The translations under genes were made by a program, and so were the position numbers. This document shows positions 1 to 8,503 of a DNA stretch of 36,531 bases, piece after piece. Within the stretch, counting starts at the first letter, position 1; every line of letters starts with the position of its first letter. The notes below the pieces were generated by a model. The model saw only the letters and a program-made list of their open reading frames with translations, did no database searches and was not told where the DNA came from. Origin of the DNA: Actinobacteria bacterium BACL15 MAG-120619-bin91 (GTDB taxonomy: Bacteria > Actinomycetota > Actinomycetes > Nanopelagicales > Nanopelagicaceae); NCBI GenBank assembly GCA_001438925.1, contig LIAM01000001.1, positions 1 to 36,531 of the forward strand, read 5' to 3'.

Positions 1-51
1 GCTTTAGATGCCGCGGCAACGCCATCGGTAGTTGTGCGCTTTAAGCGTTAG
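1..51 (+). CDS. Possible 3' end of a gene entering from the left (…ALDAAATPSVVVRFKR*)
   Basis: Frame 1 is open from the window edge to TAG at 49-51 and overlaps the convergent acyl-CoA dehydrogenase stop, as other convergent pairs in this window do. Too short to identify. Confidence 0.3.
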   Translation, partial: ALDAAATPSVVVRFKR

Positions 52-1186
52 GAAGATTTCGAGCCATAACAATGCGTTGAATCTGATTAGTTCCCTCATA
101 AATCTGAGTCAACTTTGTATCACGCATCATTCGCTCAACTGGATAGTCGCTGACATATCCATATCCACCAAGAACTTGGATCGCATCTTGAGTGACCTTC
201 ATCGCCATATCACTTGCTAAACACTTACTTGCTGCGGAGAAAAAGGTTAAATCCTTCTCATTGTTCTCGCTCTTAATAGCTGCAGAATATGTCAGTAGTC
301 GCGCCGCCTCAATATTCATCGCCATATCGGCGAGGATAAATTGGATCGCTTGAAAATCAAAGATTGGCTTACCAAATTGATGACGCTCATGGGCGTACTT
401 GGTTGCAACATCAAATGCACCTTGCGCTAATCCGATCGCTTGAGCCGCAATTGTTATGCGGGTGTGATCCAAGGTATTCATGGCCAAGGCAAATCCCTCG
501 CCCACCTCACTGATTCGGCGATCATCACTGAGTTCAACATTATCGAAGTAAACCTCGCGAGTTGGAGATCCGCGCATACCCATCTTCTTTTCAGGTGCAC
601 CAAATGAAACGCCAGGATCGGATTTTTCAACAATAAATGCTGTTATTCCCTTGCTTCGTAAGGTTGAGTCACCTTGTGCAATTACAGAGTAAAACTCAGA
701 CTCTCCTGCATTTGTAATCCACTTTTTACTTCCGTTAAGGATCCAACCATCGCCAGAGCGTTCTACCTTTGTTCGCAATGCCGATGCATCAGATCCCGCT
801 TCTGACTCTGAAAGGCAATAAGAAAAACCTTCACCCTTAACCAAACGTGGAAGCCAACGCTTTTTTTGCTCATCATTGCCGCCCAAAATCAAAGGCATTG
901 ATCCCAGTTTGTTAACCGCAGGAAGCAAAGAAGATGAACCGCATACACGTGCGACCTCTTCGATAATCAAAACAGCAGCTAGTGCATCAGCGCCATCTCC
1001 GCCAAACTCTGTTGGGACATGGGCTGCATACAATCCATTTTTGACTAGCGCATTTTTAGCTTCAATAGGAAAACGATGCTCCTCATCAACTACATGAGCA
1101 AAAGGAGCAATCTCTTTTTCAGCAAGCGCCCTAACGCTTGTACGCAGCTCTTTGTACTCTGCGGGTAGATCAAATAAGTTCTCCAT
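41..1186 (-). CDS. Acyl-CoA dehydrogenase
   Basis: Motifs YCLSESEAGSD, LNGSKKWITN, KMGMRGSPT, QVLGGYGY, IYEGTNQIQR. TAATG overlap with the upstream gene. Confidence 0.95.
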   Translation of the reverse strand: MENLFDLPAEYKELRTSVRALAEKEIAPFAHVVDEEHRFPIEAKNALVKNGLYAAHVPTEFGGDGADALAAVLIIEEVARVCGSSSLLPAVNKLGSMPLILGGNDEQKKRWLPRLVKGEGFSYCLSESEAGSDASALRTKVERSGDGWILNGSKKWITNAGESEFYSVIAQGDSTLRSKGITAFIVEKSDPGVSFGAPEKKMGMRGSPTREVYFDNVELSDDRRISEVGEGFALAMNTLDHTRITIAAQAIGLAQGAFDVATKYAHERHQFGKPIFDFQAIQFILADMAMNIEAARLLTYSAAIKSENNEKDLTFFSAASKCLASDMAMKVTQDAIQVLGGYGYVSDYPVERMMRDTKLTQIYEGTNQIQRIVMARNLPNA

Positions 1187-3033
1187 TAGGGCTCTTTCCT
1201 ATCGCGCTTTGATAACTCTTGCAAATACTGGTTGTAGTTAGCTAGTTCATCTGGCTGACCCATAGCCGCTTGGCGAGCGGTATTGCGATCAATTCTCTTT
1301 GCCTCACGCGAATCATCTCGCATCCAATTGATAAATGTCGCGACCAAAGCGATAAGGATAGGAATCTCGCCCATCGCCCACCCGATAGATCCACCTAGCT
1401 TTTGATCCACGAGGGGATCTCCAAGCCAAGGGGTTTGTAGCGAGGCGTAAAAACCATTGTCGATCAAAGTGGTGGTGGACATCAAGGCTACCGAGAAGAA
1501 GGCATGGATGCTCATCGCTGCAAATAAAATCACTATTTGAACAAGGTGATGAACTCTGCGGGGATTTGGATCTACACCAATAATAATAAAGAAGAATAAA
1601 AAGCCAGCTGCTAAGAAGTGAAGGCTCATAAACAGGTGACCTATGTGGCTTTGCATTAGTAGGGCAAAGAGATCTGTGAAGTACAAGGCAAAAAGTGAAC
1701 CATCAAAAATTGCAAGTGCAACAAGGGGATTTGTATAAATAACCCCAAGCTTTGAATGAAGTGCTGCAAGCAACGATCCACGAACACCGCGCTCATCACT
1801 ATTTCTGCCTTGTGGCAAAGTACGAAGTGCCAAAGTCATGGGCGCTCCAAGAACTAATCCAATTGGCGCAATCATTCCTAGAACCATATGCGACATCATG
1901 TGATATGAAAAAGAGAACTGAGCGTACAGACCGAGACCACCACTTGTCGCAAAATCAACGGCAGAAATTCCTAATGCAAACGCCACTGTTCGGCCAACTG
2001 GCCACTTATCACCACGCTTAGTGAGAACAACGACACCCTTTACATACAGCGCAACCATTAACGCTAAAATTCCAATCATTAATGCATTTGGCTCATAACT
2101 AAATAAGACGCGCGCGAGCGTTGGTGGTGGTGGAGTCTCGGTACCAACAATGGAAAGTGCGAGGTTGAAATCTTGGGTTCCTGGACGATCAGGAGATGCA
2201 CTACCTGTTAACCAAGTCCCCATAAGTACGGTGATGACCATGATCAGGGCTTCGACGGTAATTATTTTTGCAAATCCCACCCAATTGATAGAACTCTTGT
2301 TACCAAGATTTTTTCGGTGGAGATATCCAATAAAAACCAAAGAAACTGTGGCAAGGATTTTTCCAAGAACGATAAATCCATAAGAAGAGTTCCAGGCACC
2401 AACAAAGTTCAACCGTGTCCATGCGTTTACTGCGCCGCTGATAACAACAGCGATCGCCGCCCACAAAGCCAGTTGACTAAATCGAGGAACGGCTACAGGA
2501 CGATCATTTGCCGAAAGTGATGCGAGTGCAATTACTCCACCAACCCACAGTGAGAGCGCAATTACGTGAATTACAAGAGAGCCAATAACTAGTGAGTGTG
2601 AACCGCTTGATGCGGAATGACTTTCAAAAACCGGTGCAACTAAACCTGCAATTGAAAGCGCCATCAAAATTATGAGAGATTCAATCTTCCGTGCAGAAAA
2701 AGAAAAAATCAGAACTACAACCGCCATTATCGCCTGGAAGGCTAAATACTTTCCAAGAGATATCTGCGTTATGAAAGAACGAATAACTGTTACATCAAAG
2801 GCATCTGAAAGAGTTGTCCCCAAAATTTGAGCCAAGGTAAAGATAATCGTTCCAAAGGCACCAGCAACCCACAACACTGCACTTATCCGCAAAAGACTTC
2901 GAAGCTTTTCCCCCGATGTTGTTAAAAACCCATTTTTATTGATGAGAAGAAATGCCATTGCGAGCAATGCACCGACAGTGGCAAACCCACCTAACAAGTT
3001 TAGAAACTTAAAAGCGGTTGTTAATGAGTTCAT
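1186..3033 (-). CDS. CopD-domain / CtaG (caa3-type cytochrome c oxidase assembly) fusion membrane protein
   Basis: N-half is CopD-like (SHS…H…LWVGG, RFSQLA, YG..VLGK); C-half is CtaG-like (HMMSHMVLGMIAP, HFL..G, DQKLGG.I.W). Standard actinobacterial fusion. Confidence 0.88.
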   Translation of the reverse strand: MNSLTTAFKFLNLLGGFATVGALLAMAFLLINKNGFLTTSGEKLRSLLRISAVLWVAGAFGTIIFTLAQILGTTLSDAFDVTVIRSFITQISLGKYLAFQAIMAVVVLIFSFSARKIESLIILMALSIAGLVAPVFESHSASSGSHSLVIGSLVIHVIALSLWVGGVIALASLSANDRPVAVPRFSQLALWAAIAVVISGAVNAWTRLNFVGAWNSSYGFIVLGKILATVSLVFIGYLHRKNLGNKSSINWVGFAKIITVEALIMVITVLMGTWLTGSASPDRPGTQDFNLALSIVGTETPPPPTLARVLFSYEPNALMIGILALMVALYVKGVVVLTKRGDKWPVGRTVAFALGISAVDFATSGGLGLYAQFSFSYHMMSHMVLGMIAPIGLVLGAPMTLALRTLPQGRNSDERGVRGSLLAALHSKLGVIYTNPLVALAIFDGSLFALYFTDLFALLMQSHIGHLFMSLHFLAAGFLFFFIIIGVDPNPRRVHHLVQIVILFAAMSIHAFFSVALMSTTTLIDNGFYASLQTPWLGDPLVDQKLGGSIGWAMGEIPILIALVATFINWMRDDSREAKRIDRNTARQAAMGQPDELANYNQYLQELSKRDRKEP

Positions 3034-3554
3034 CGGTTAATAAATAATTTACGTGCATATAGAGACAATCCGATTGTCACACCAACTGCAAGCACTAAGA
3101 GTAGTACGATAAAAATATTTGTTCCCCAACTGCTGCTTGCAGGAGTCTGAGATTGAGTTGGCTCAGGAGTTGGTGTTTCAGGAGCGATTGTATTGGGTGC
3201 CTGATACTTGAAACGGTAGCTTCCTTCCAAAGGTGCATCAGCTTCGGCAAATAAGAAATAAGTGACTGTATAAAAACCAGATTCTGTTAATGGCATTAAT
3301 CCGACAGTTACGCTTACATCGTTAACCGTAATGGTTCCATCATCAACCCGAACACCTTTTGGATCTGTGACTGAAATTTCATTGGCATCTGGAAGTAAAG
3401 GCAGTTGTCCTGTAACTGTGACACTTGTCGGAGAAACAGACAATGTAGTTCCGCTCATTGGCGAAGTACTCACTAGTGAGTTTGCGAATGTCGCTGTTGT
3501 TCCCAATAATGTAAATAGAAGTACTAATGCGCTACGGGCTGCGAACTTGATCAC
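3030..3554 (-). CDS. CopC-like exported protein with C-terminal membrane anchor (degenerate metal site)
   Basis: Signal peptide, LVSTSP..G..L…P..V, I.VTDPKG.RVD, G.YTVTY…GSYRF, Pro/Thr linker and TM helix. Start moved to GTG 3554, which follows GGAAAGG; ATGA overlap with the copD-ctaG gene. Confidence 0.8.
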   Translation of the reverse strand: MIKFAARSALVLLFTLLGTTATFANSLVSTSPMSGTTLSVSPTSVTVTGQLPLLPDANEISVTDPKGVRVDDGTITVNDVSVTVGLMPLTESGFYTVTYFLFAEADAPLEGSYRFKYQAPNTIAPETPTPEPTQSQTPASSSWGTNIFIVLLLVLAVGVTIGLSLYARKLFINR

Positions 3555-3614
3555 ATCTGCCTTTCCAGAGGCGCTAGGAAAGTGCCTCAATTCGCGCCAA
3601 TCTTCTCATCTCTT

Positions 3615-3621
3615 TAGACTA
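3615..3621. promoter_or_regulatory. Overlapping -10 hexamers on both strands (TAGACT on +, TAGTCT on -)
   Basis: TAGACTA lies between the divergent copC-like and FmdB genes; both readings match TANNNT. Confidence 0.45.
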
Positions 3622-3681
3622 AGCACATAGCCCCAATGGCAGATTAAGCCTGTGGGATTTTTGGCCAGAAGTGGAGTCGTG

Positions 3682-3927
3682 GTGCCTACATATCAATATG
3701 CATGTACCTCATGTGATCACCAGTTTGAAGCGATTCAATCCTTCTCAGATGACTCTCTGACTATCTGTCCTGAGTGCAAGGGAGAGATCCGAAAGGTGTA
3801 CACAGCAGTTGGTGTCGTATTCAAAGGATCAGGGTTTTATAAAACAGATTCAGTAAAAAAAGCGGCAACCAATACTGAGTCAGTTAAGAGCACGCCTGCG
3901 CCAGTGTCAGCGCCTAAGGCTGATTAA
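3682..3927 (+). CDS. FmdB family zinc-ribbon protein
   Basis: MPTYQYAC..C.H.FE..Q……L..CP.C.G…K…..GVVFKGSGFYKTD. GTG start at 3682 follows GGAG. Confidence 0.92.
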   Translation: MPTYQYACTSCDHQFEAIQSFSDDSLTICPECKGEIRKVYTAVGVVFKGSGFYKTDSVKKAATNTESVKSTPAPVSAPKAD

Positions 3928-4040
3928 CCTTCGTGATGCGGTGGACGATCTGATTCCAACTCTTCTTCACGTTTAGCTTGTTCAGATGCAGCATCCAGAT
4001 CAATTTCATCGGAGGTTACCTTTGGAAATAGATCACTCAT
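3924..4040 (-). CDS. Small acidic protein, 38 aa, MSDLFPKVTSDEIDLDAASEQAKREEELESDRPPHHEG
   Basis: Read by hand; below the ORF-track cutoff. Fills the gap, has TACACT 7 nt before the ATG, and its C-terminal RPPHH resembles small actinobacterial hypothetical proteins. Confidence 0.75.
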   Translation of the reverse strand: MSDLFPKVTSDEIDLDAASEQAKREEELESDRPPHHEG

Positions 4041-4095
4041 GAAATTAAGTGTACTACCGCTAGAAAACCTTTCACTACTAAGAAAAGAGATGTAA

Positions 4096-6201
4096 ATGTT
4101 TGAGAAGTTGGGTCACTTCATCTTTAAGCGTCGCAAGAGCGCTGTGATTCTCTTTATTGTCGGAATATTGGTTGCAGGTGGTGTCGGCTCATTAACCTTT
4201 AGTCGTCTTGATTCAGGTGGATACAGCGATCCAAATAGCGACTCTTATAAGGTCTACGAGTATCTGACAGAAGAGTTGAAGCTTTCAGACCCAGCGGTGG
4301 TAATTATTGTTGATTCAGGTTCTACCGATGTCACAGATCCTGCAATAGTCCAAAAGGGTATTGCGCTAGAAAAAAAGATTGCACAAGAAGAAGGAGTCAC
4401 AAGAGTTCTTTCTTATTGGAGCAGCGGTGGTGAAGCAACTTTAAAATCTAGTGATGGAAAAGCGGCATACATACTGGTATATGGGGATGGAGAAGCATTT
4501 AGTGCCAAGAGCCAAGAGCTCGGAAAGAGAATGCAGAAAAAGTACGATGGGCCTTATGAAGGTCTGACCTTGTATGCGGGTGGAGTTGCAGTAGTTGGAC
4601 ACGCGATCACAGAAAAAATCTCTGATGATCTAAAGATTGCAGAACTTATCTCGATTCCATTGACCTTTATCTTGCTAGTAATTGTATTTGGAGCTTTGGC
4701 GGCTTCAGCGATGCCGTTGATCGTGGGAGTAGCAGCGATTCTAGGCGCATTCTTTATTCTCTATCTATTTACCTTATTTACCAACGTCAGTATTTACGCA
4801 CTTAACCTAACGACAGGTATGGGCCTTGGCTTAGGTATTGATTACGCCCTACTGATTGTGAATAGATTCCGCGAAGAGCTACACCATGGAAAGAGTGTGG
4901 AAGATTCAATTGTGGCAACCATGGCAAGTGCGGGTAAGACCGTCTTTTACTCCGGTATGACTGTTTTGGTTACCTTGCTCTCTCTTACCTTCTTTCCTCT
5001 GCCATTTTTACAATCATTTGGTTACGCAGGAGTTTCAGTAGTTGCACTTGCTGTAATCGGTGCCCTCTTTGGATTACCGCCAATCTTGGCTCTTCTTGGT
5101 GATCGCATCGATAAGGGTGTTGTTCGCAAATCTGCAATCACTCCAAAGGAGGATGGACGTTGGGCACGGACCGCTCGTTTAGTTATGAGGCGTCCTGTTT
5201 CAGCGGTTGTTTTGTCACTTGTCATTCTTGGAATCATGGCAGCGCCAATTACAAGTATTAAGTTTTCTCAGGGCGACTCTCGAATCTTGCCGGCAGATAA
5301 CAGAGCCGCTGTTGCAACTGCGCTTCAATCTGAACGTTTTCCTGGGCAAACAGGAACTCCAATTGAAATCATCATCATCGATGGTGCTAACAAGAGCGAT
5401 GAGATCAATGCATATGCCGCAAAGCTTGGGCAGGTTTCAGGGATCGTTGCCGTTCTTCCACCAACAACTGTTGGCAATGATGTTCGATTGATTGCTTACC
5501 AAAAGATGTTGCCGCGTACCCCTGAATCGCAGGAGCTGATTCACAATGTTCGCACCGTTGCTTCACCCGAAGGAACTTTGGTGGGTGGAGTTGCAGCTGA
5601 TTACACAGATTCTCAAGATGGAATTGCACGAACCTTGCCTTGGGCACTTACTTGGATTGTGCTCAGCGTTCTGGTGCTGATCTTCATCTTTACCGGGTCA
5701 ATCATCTTGCCAATTAAGGCTGTAATTCTTAACTTCCTCTCACTTGGCGCAACCATGGGTGTCCTGACCTGGGTATTTATTGGCGGCAACCTTCAATGGT
5801 TAGTTGGCTCCTTTACAGCTACTGGAACCCTCGATACATCTATTGTCATATTGATTGCAGTTGTTGTCTTTGGTCTTTCTATGGACTACGAGCTCTTCCT
5901 GTTATCTCGTATTCGCGAGGAACACCTAGCTGGTAAATCAAATGTTGAATCGGTAGCTATTGGCCTCCAACGCTCTGCACGTATCATCACAGCAGCAGCG
6001 GTTTTGTTAGCGGTCGTATTCGCAGCCTTTGTTACCAGCGGTGTCACATCTATTAAAACGATGGGATTTGGAGTCGCCCTAGCGGTAATTTTGGATGCAA
6101 CCATTGTTCGTGGTCTCTTAGTCCCAGCCTTAATGCGACTATTTGGTGAAAACAACTGGTGGGCACCAAAGTGGATGCAGCGATTTACCTTGCGCCACTA
6201 A
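4096..6201 (+). CDS. MMPL family (RND superfamily) transporter
   Basis: Two repeats with GLGIDYALLIVNRFREE and FGLSMDYELFLLSRIREE; terminal NWWAPKW. Confidence 0.95.
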   Translation: MFEKLGHFIFKRRKSAVILFIVGILVAGGVGSLTFSRLDSGGYSDPNSDSYKVYEYLTEELKLSDPAVVIIVDSGSTDVTDPAIVQKGIALEKKIAQEEGVTRVLSYWSSGGEATLKSSDGKAAYILVYGDGEAFSAKSQELGKRMQKKYDGPYEGLTLYAGGVAVVGHAITEKISDDLKIAELISIPLTFILLVIVFGALAASAMPLIVGVAAILGAFFILYLFTLFTNVSIYALNLTTGMGLGLGIDYALLIVNRFREELHHGKSVEDSIVATMASAGKTVFYSGMTVLVTLLSLTFFPLPFLQSFGYAGVSVVALAVIGALFGLPPILALLGDRIDKGVVRKSAITPKEDGRWARTARLVMRRPVSAVVLSLVILGIMAAPITSIKFSQGDSRILPADNRAAVATALQSERFPGQTGTPIEIIIIDGANKSDEINAYAAKLGQVSGIVAVLPPTTVGNDVRLIAYQKMLPRTPESQELIHNVRTVASPEGTLVGGVAADYTDSQDGIARTLPWALTWIVLSVLVLIFIFTGSIILPIKAVILNFLSLGATMGVLTWVFIGGNLQWLVGSFTATGTLDTSIVILIAVVVFGLSMDYELFLLSRIREEHLAGKSNVESVAIGLQRSARIITAAAVLLAVVFAAFVTSGVTSIKTMGFGVALAVILDATIVRGLLVPALMRLFGENNWWAPKWMQRFTLRH

Positions 6202-6220
6202 TCTCGCGTACCCTTAGCCC

Positions 6221-7060
6221 ATGGATCTCATCGCTTCCCTGCAATGCTCAGATCAGCCAGGCATCGTTCATGCGATGACATCGGCGGTACTTGCCTGCGG
6301 CGGAAACATTATTGAAAATCAACAGTTCACAGATCCGACAACCAATCAATTTGTTATGCGCACCCGCTTTGAAGCTTCTCAGGGGTTGGAAGGTGCGCGT
6401 AAGAGTTTGAATGATGGACTTTCAAAGTTCAACCCCTTATTACACATTCGACCTACTGCACAAAAGCCACGTGCATTGGTGATGGTCACGACAGAAAGCC
6501 ACTGCTTGCGCGATCTCTTGTACCTTGAAGAGTTAGGTGAACTCAATATTGAGATTCCTTTAGTTGTTTCAAATCGAGAGGATCTGCGAAACTTAGTTGA
6601 ATCACATGGAGTCAAATTTCTCTTCTTGCCGGTAACTGCAGAAACAAAGGCATCCCAAGAGGCTGAGATCCTGAAGCAGATCGAAGAGCTAAAGATTGAT
6701 TTTGTGGTTTTAGCCCGTTATATGCAGATACTTTCTACAGATTTCTGTAACACAATGCCTGGCAGAATTATCAACATTCATCACTCATTCTTACCCGGCT
6801 TTAAGGGCGCAAAGCCGTATCACCAGGCACATGAGCGTGGTGTAAAAATCATTGGCGCATCAGCGCACTTTGTGACAAGTGATTTAGATGAAGGACCAAT
6901 CATTGAACAGGATGTTGCACATGTAACTCATAACGCTTCTGCCGAAGAGTTAATTGCAATTGGTCGCGATATCGAACGTAGGGTTTTAGCAAAAGCGGTT
7001 AAGTTGTACGCAGATGACAAGATATTCATTGTCGGCAAGCGAACAGTTGTTTTTTCATAA
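6221..7060 (+). CDS. purU: Formyltetrahydrofolate deformylase
   Basis: N-terminal ACT domain (C.DQPGIV), LARYMQIL, INIHHSFLPGFKGAKPYHQAH.RGVKIIGA, LDEGPIIEQD. Confidence 0.97.
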   Translation: MDLIASLQCSDQPGIVHAMTSAVLACGGNIIENQQFTDPTTNQFVMRTRFEASQGLEGARKSLNDGLSKFNPLLHIRPTAQKPRALVMVTTESHCLRDLLYLEELGELNIEIPLVVSNREDLRNLVESHGVKFLFLPVTAETKASQEAEILKQIEELKIDFVVLARYMQILSTDFCNTMPGRIINIHHSFLPGFKGAKPYHQAHERGVKIIGASAHFVTSDLDEGPIIEQDVAHVTHNASAEELIAIGRDIERRVLAKAVKLYADDKIFIVGKRTVVFS

Positions 7061-7066
7061 AAAGAG

Positions 7067-7139
7067 TGTCCCCGGCGGGAGTTGAACCTGCGACCTACCG
7101 CTTAGGAGGCGGTTGCTCTATCCACTGAGCTACGGGGAC
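7067..7139 (-). tRNA. tRNA-Arg (anticodon CCT), CCA not encoded
   Basis: Cloverleaf with acceptor GTCCCCG/CGGGGAC, D arm GCTC…GAGC, anticodon arm ACCGC-CTCCTAA-GCGGT, T loop TTCAACT. Confidence 0.95.
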
Positions 7140-7197
7140 CTATCGTTGTAAATTACTTCATAACAATGCCCAATCTTGTCATGAAAAAGAAGATGCC

Positions 7198-7226
7198 TTG
7201 TCATGATTAAAGTGAGCGGGTAGACT
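7198..7226 (+). promoter_or_regulatory. Housekeeping-sigma promoter of the saccharopine dehydrogenase-like operon
   Basis: TTGTCA-N17-TAGACT; GAGAGG precedes ATG 7273. Confidence 0.65.
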
Positions 7227-7272
7227 CCCCAATCTAAGGAAAAGGAAGTTATTCCCTCATGAGAGGCCAACA

Positions 7273-8499
7273 ATGAAGGCGCTAGTAATAGGCGCGGGCG
7301 GAGTTGGCAGAGCTATTGTCAATATCGCATCACGTAAATCATTTATTTCTCAAATGGTTGTCGCTGATCGAACTCTGTCACGCGCGGAAGAAGCAGTTAC
7401 CCGAGTCAAAGATTCACGATTCTCAGCAGCGGAGGTGAACGCCGCCGAACTGGAGGACATCCGTGCGTTGATTCGCAAGGTAAAGCCTGATGTCGTTGTC
7501 AACGCCGTTGATCCACGTTTTGTTATGCCAATTTTCTTGGCCTGCGAAATTGAAAATACCAATTACATCGATATGGCGATGTCACTTTCACGGCCTCACC
7601 CTCATTATCCAAACACTGAAACCGGCGTAAAGCTCGGTGATGAGCAGTTTGCACGTGACTGGAACTGGGGAGAGCGACAGATTTATGCTCTCGTTGGTAT
7701 GGGTATCGAGCCAGGAATGAGCGATGTCTTTGCGCGTTATGCAGAGGACAACCTCTTCAGTCGCATCGATTCGATTACAATTTTTGATGGTTCAAACTTA
7801 ACCGTTGAGGGCTACGACTTTGCTCCATCATTTTCAATTTGGACAACAATCGAAGAGTGCCTCAATCCCCCACTAGTTTGGGAAGATGGCCGTGGTTGGT
7901 ACACAACTGAACCATTTAGCGAGATCGAAGTATTTGATTTCCCTGAAGGAATTGGTCCTGTTGAGTGCGTAAACGTTGAGCATGAAGAGGTTGTACTGAT
8001 TCCACAGAAGGTGGATGCTAAAAAGGTTAACTTTAAGTACGGACTTGGCGCACAGTTCATTACAACTTTGAAGACAATTCATATGTTGGGAATGGATCGC
8101 AAAGACCATGTGGATGTTCAAGGTGTTCAGGTTTCACCTCGTGATCTGCTTGCTGCAGCTTTGCCTGATCCTGCAACACTTGGTTCACGCATGAAGGGCA
8201 AAACTTGTGCGGGTGCACTTGTTAAGGGGCTTAATAAAGAAGGTAAGCCTTACGCTTGTTACATGTATAACGTGGTTGATAATGAGTGGTCGATGGCTGA
8301 ATATGGCGATCAAGCCGTTGTTTGGCAGACCGCAGTCAATCCAGTTATTGCGATGGAGTTGATTCATAAGGGAGTTTGGAAGCCAGAAGGTGTTGTTGGG
8401 CCAGAGTGGTTTGATGCAAAGCCATTCTTGGATTTGCTTCCTTCCTATGGAACAGAGTGGAAGGTACGTGAAGAAGATCCATCAGGAATCATTGTTTGA
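7273..8499 (+). CDS. Saccharopine dehydrogenase family oxidoreductase (carboxyspermidine dehydrogenase-like fold)
   Basis: IGAGGVG Rossmann motif, NYIDMA, GMGIEPG, FAPSFSIWTTIEEC, VEHEEV. Substrate not determinable from sequence. Confidence 0.85.
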   Translation: MKALVIGAGGVGRAIVNIASRKSFISQMVVADRTLSRAEEAVTRVKDSRFSAAEVNAAELEDIRALIRKVKPDVVVNAVDPRFVMPIFLACEIENTNYIDMAMSLSRPHPHYPNTETGVKLGDEQFARDWNWGERQIYALVGMGIEPGMSDVFARYAEDNLFSRIDSITIFDGSNLTVEGYDFAPSFSIWTTIEECLNPPLVWEDGRGWYTTEPFSEIEVFDFPEGIGPVECVNVEHEEVVLIPQKVDAKKVNFKYGLGAQFITTLKTIHMLGMDRKDHVDVQGVQVSPRDLLAAALPDPATLGSRMKGKTCAGALVKGLNKEGKPYACYMYNVVDNEWSMAEYGDQAVVWQTAVNPVIAMELIHKGVWKPEGVVGPEWFDAKPFLDLLPSYGTEWKVREEDPSGIIV

Positions 8500-8503
8500 T
8501 TAA

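Noticed and set aside
7067-7139. tRNA-Arg as the boundary of a genomic island
   Set aside because: No integrase, no duplicated tRNA 3' end, and housekeeping genes on both sides.
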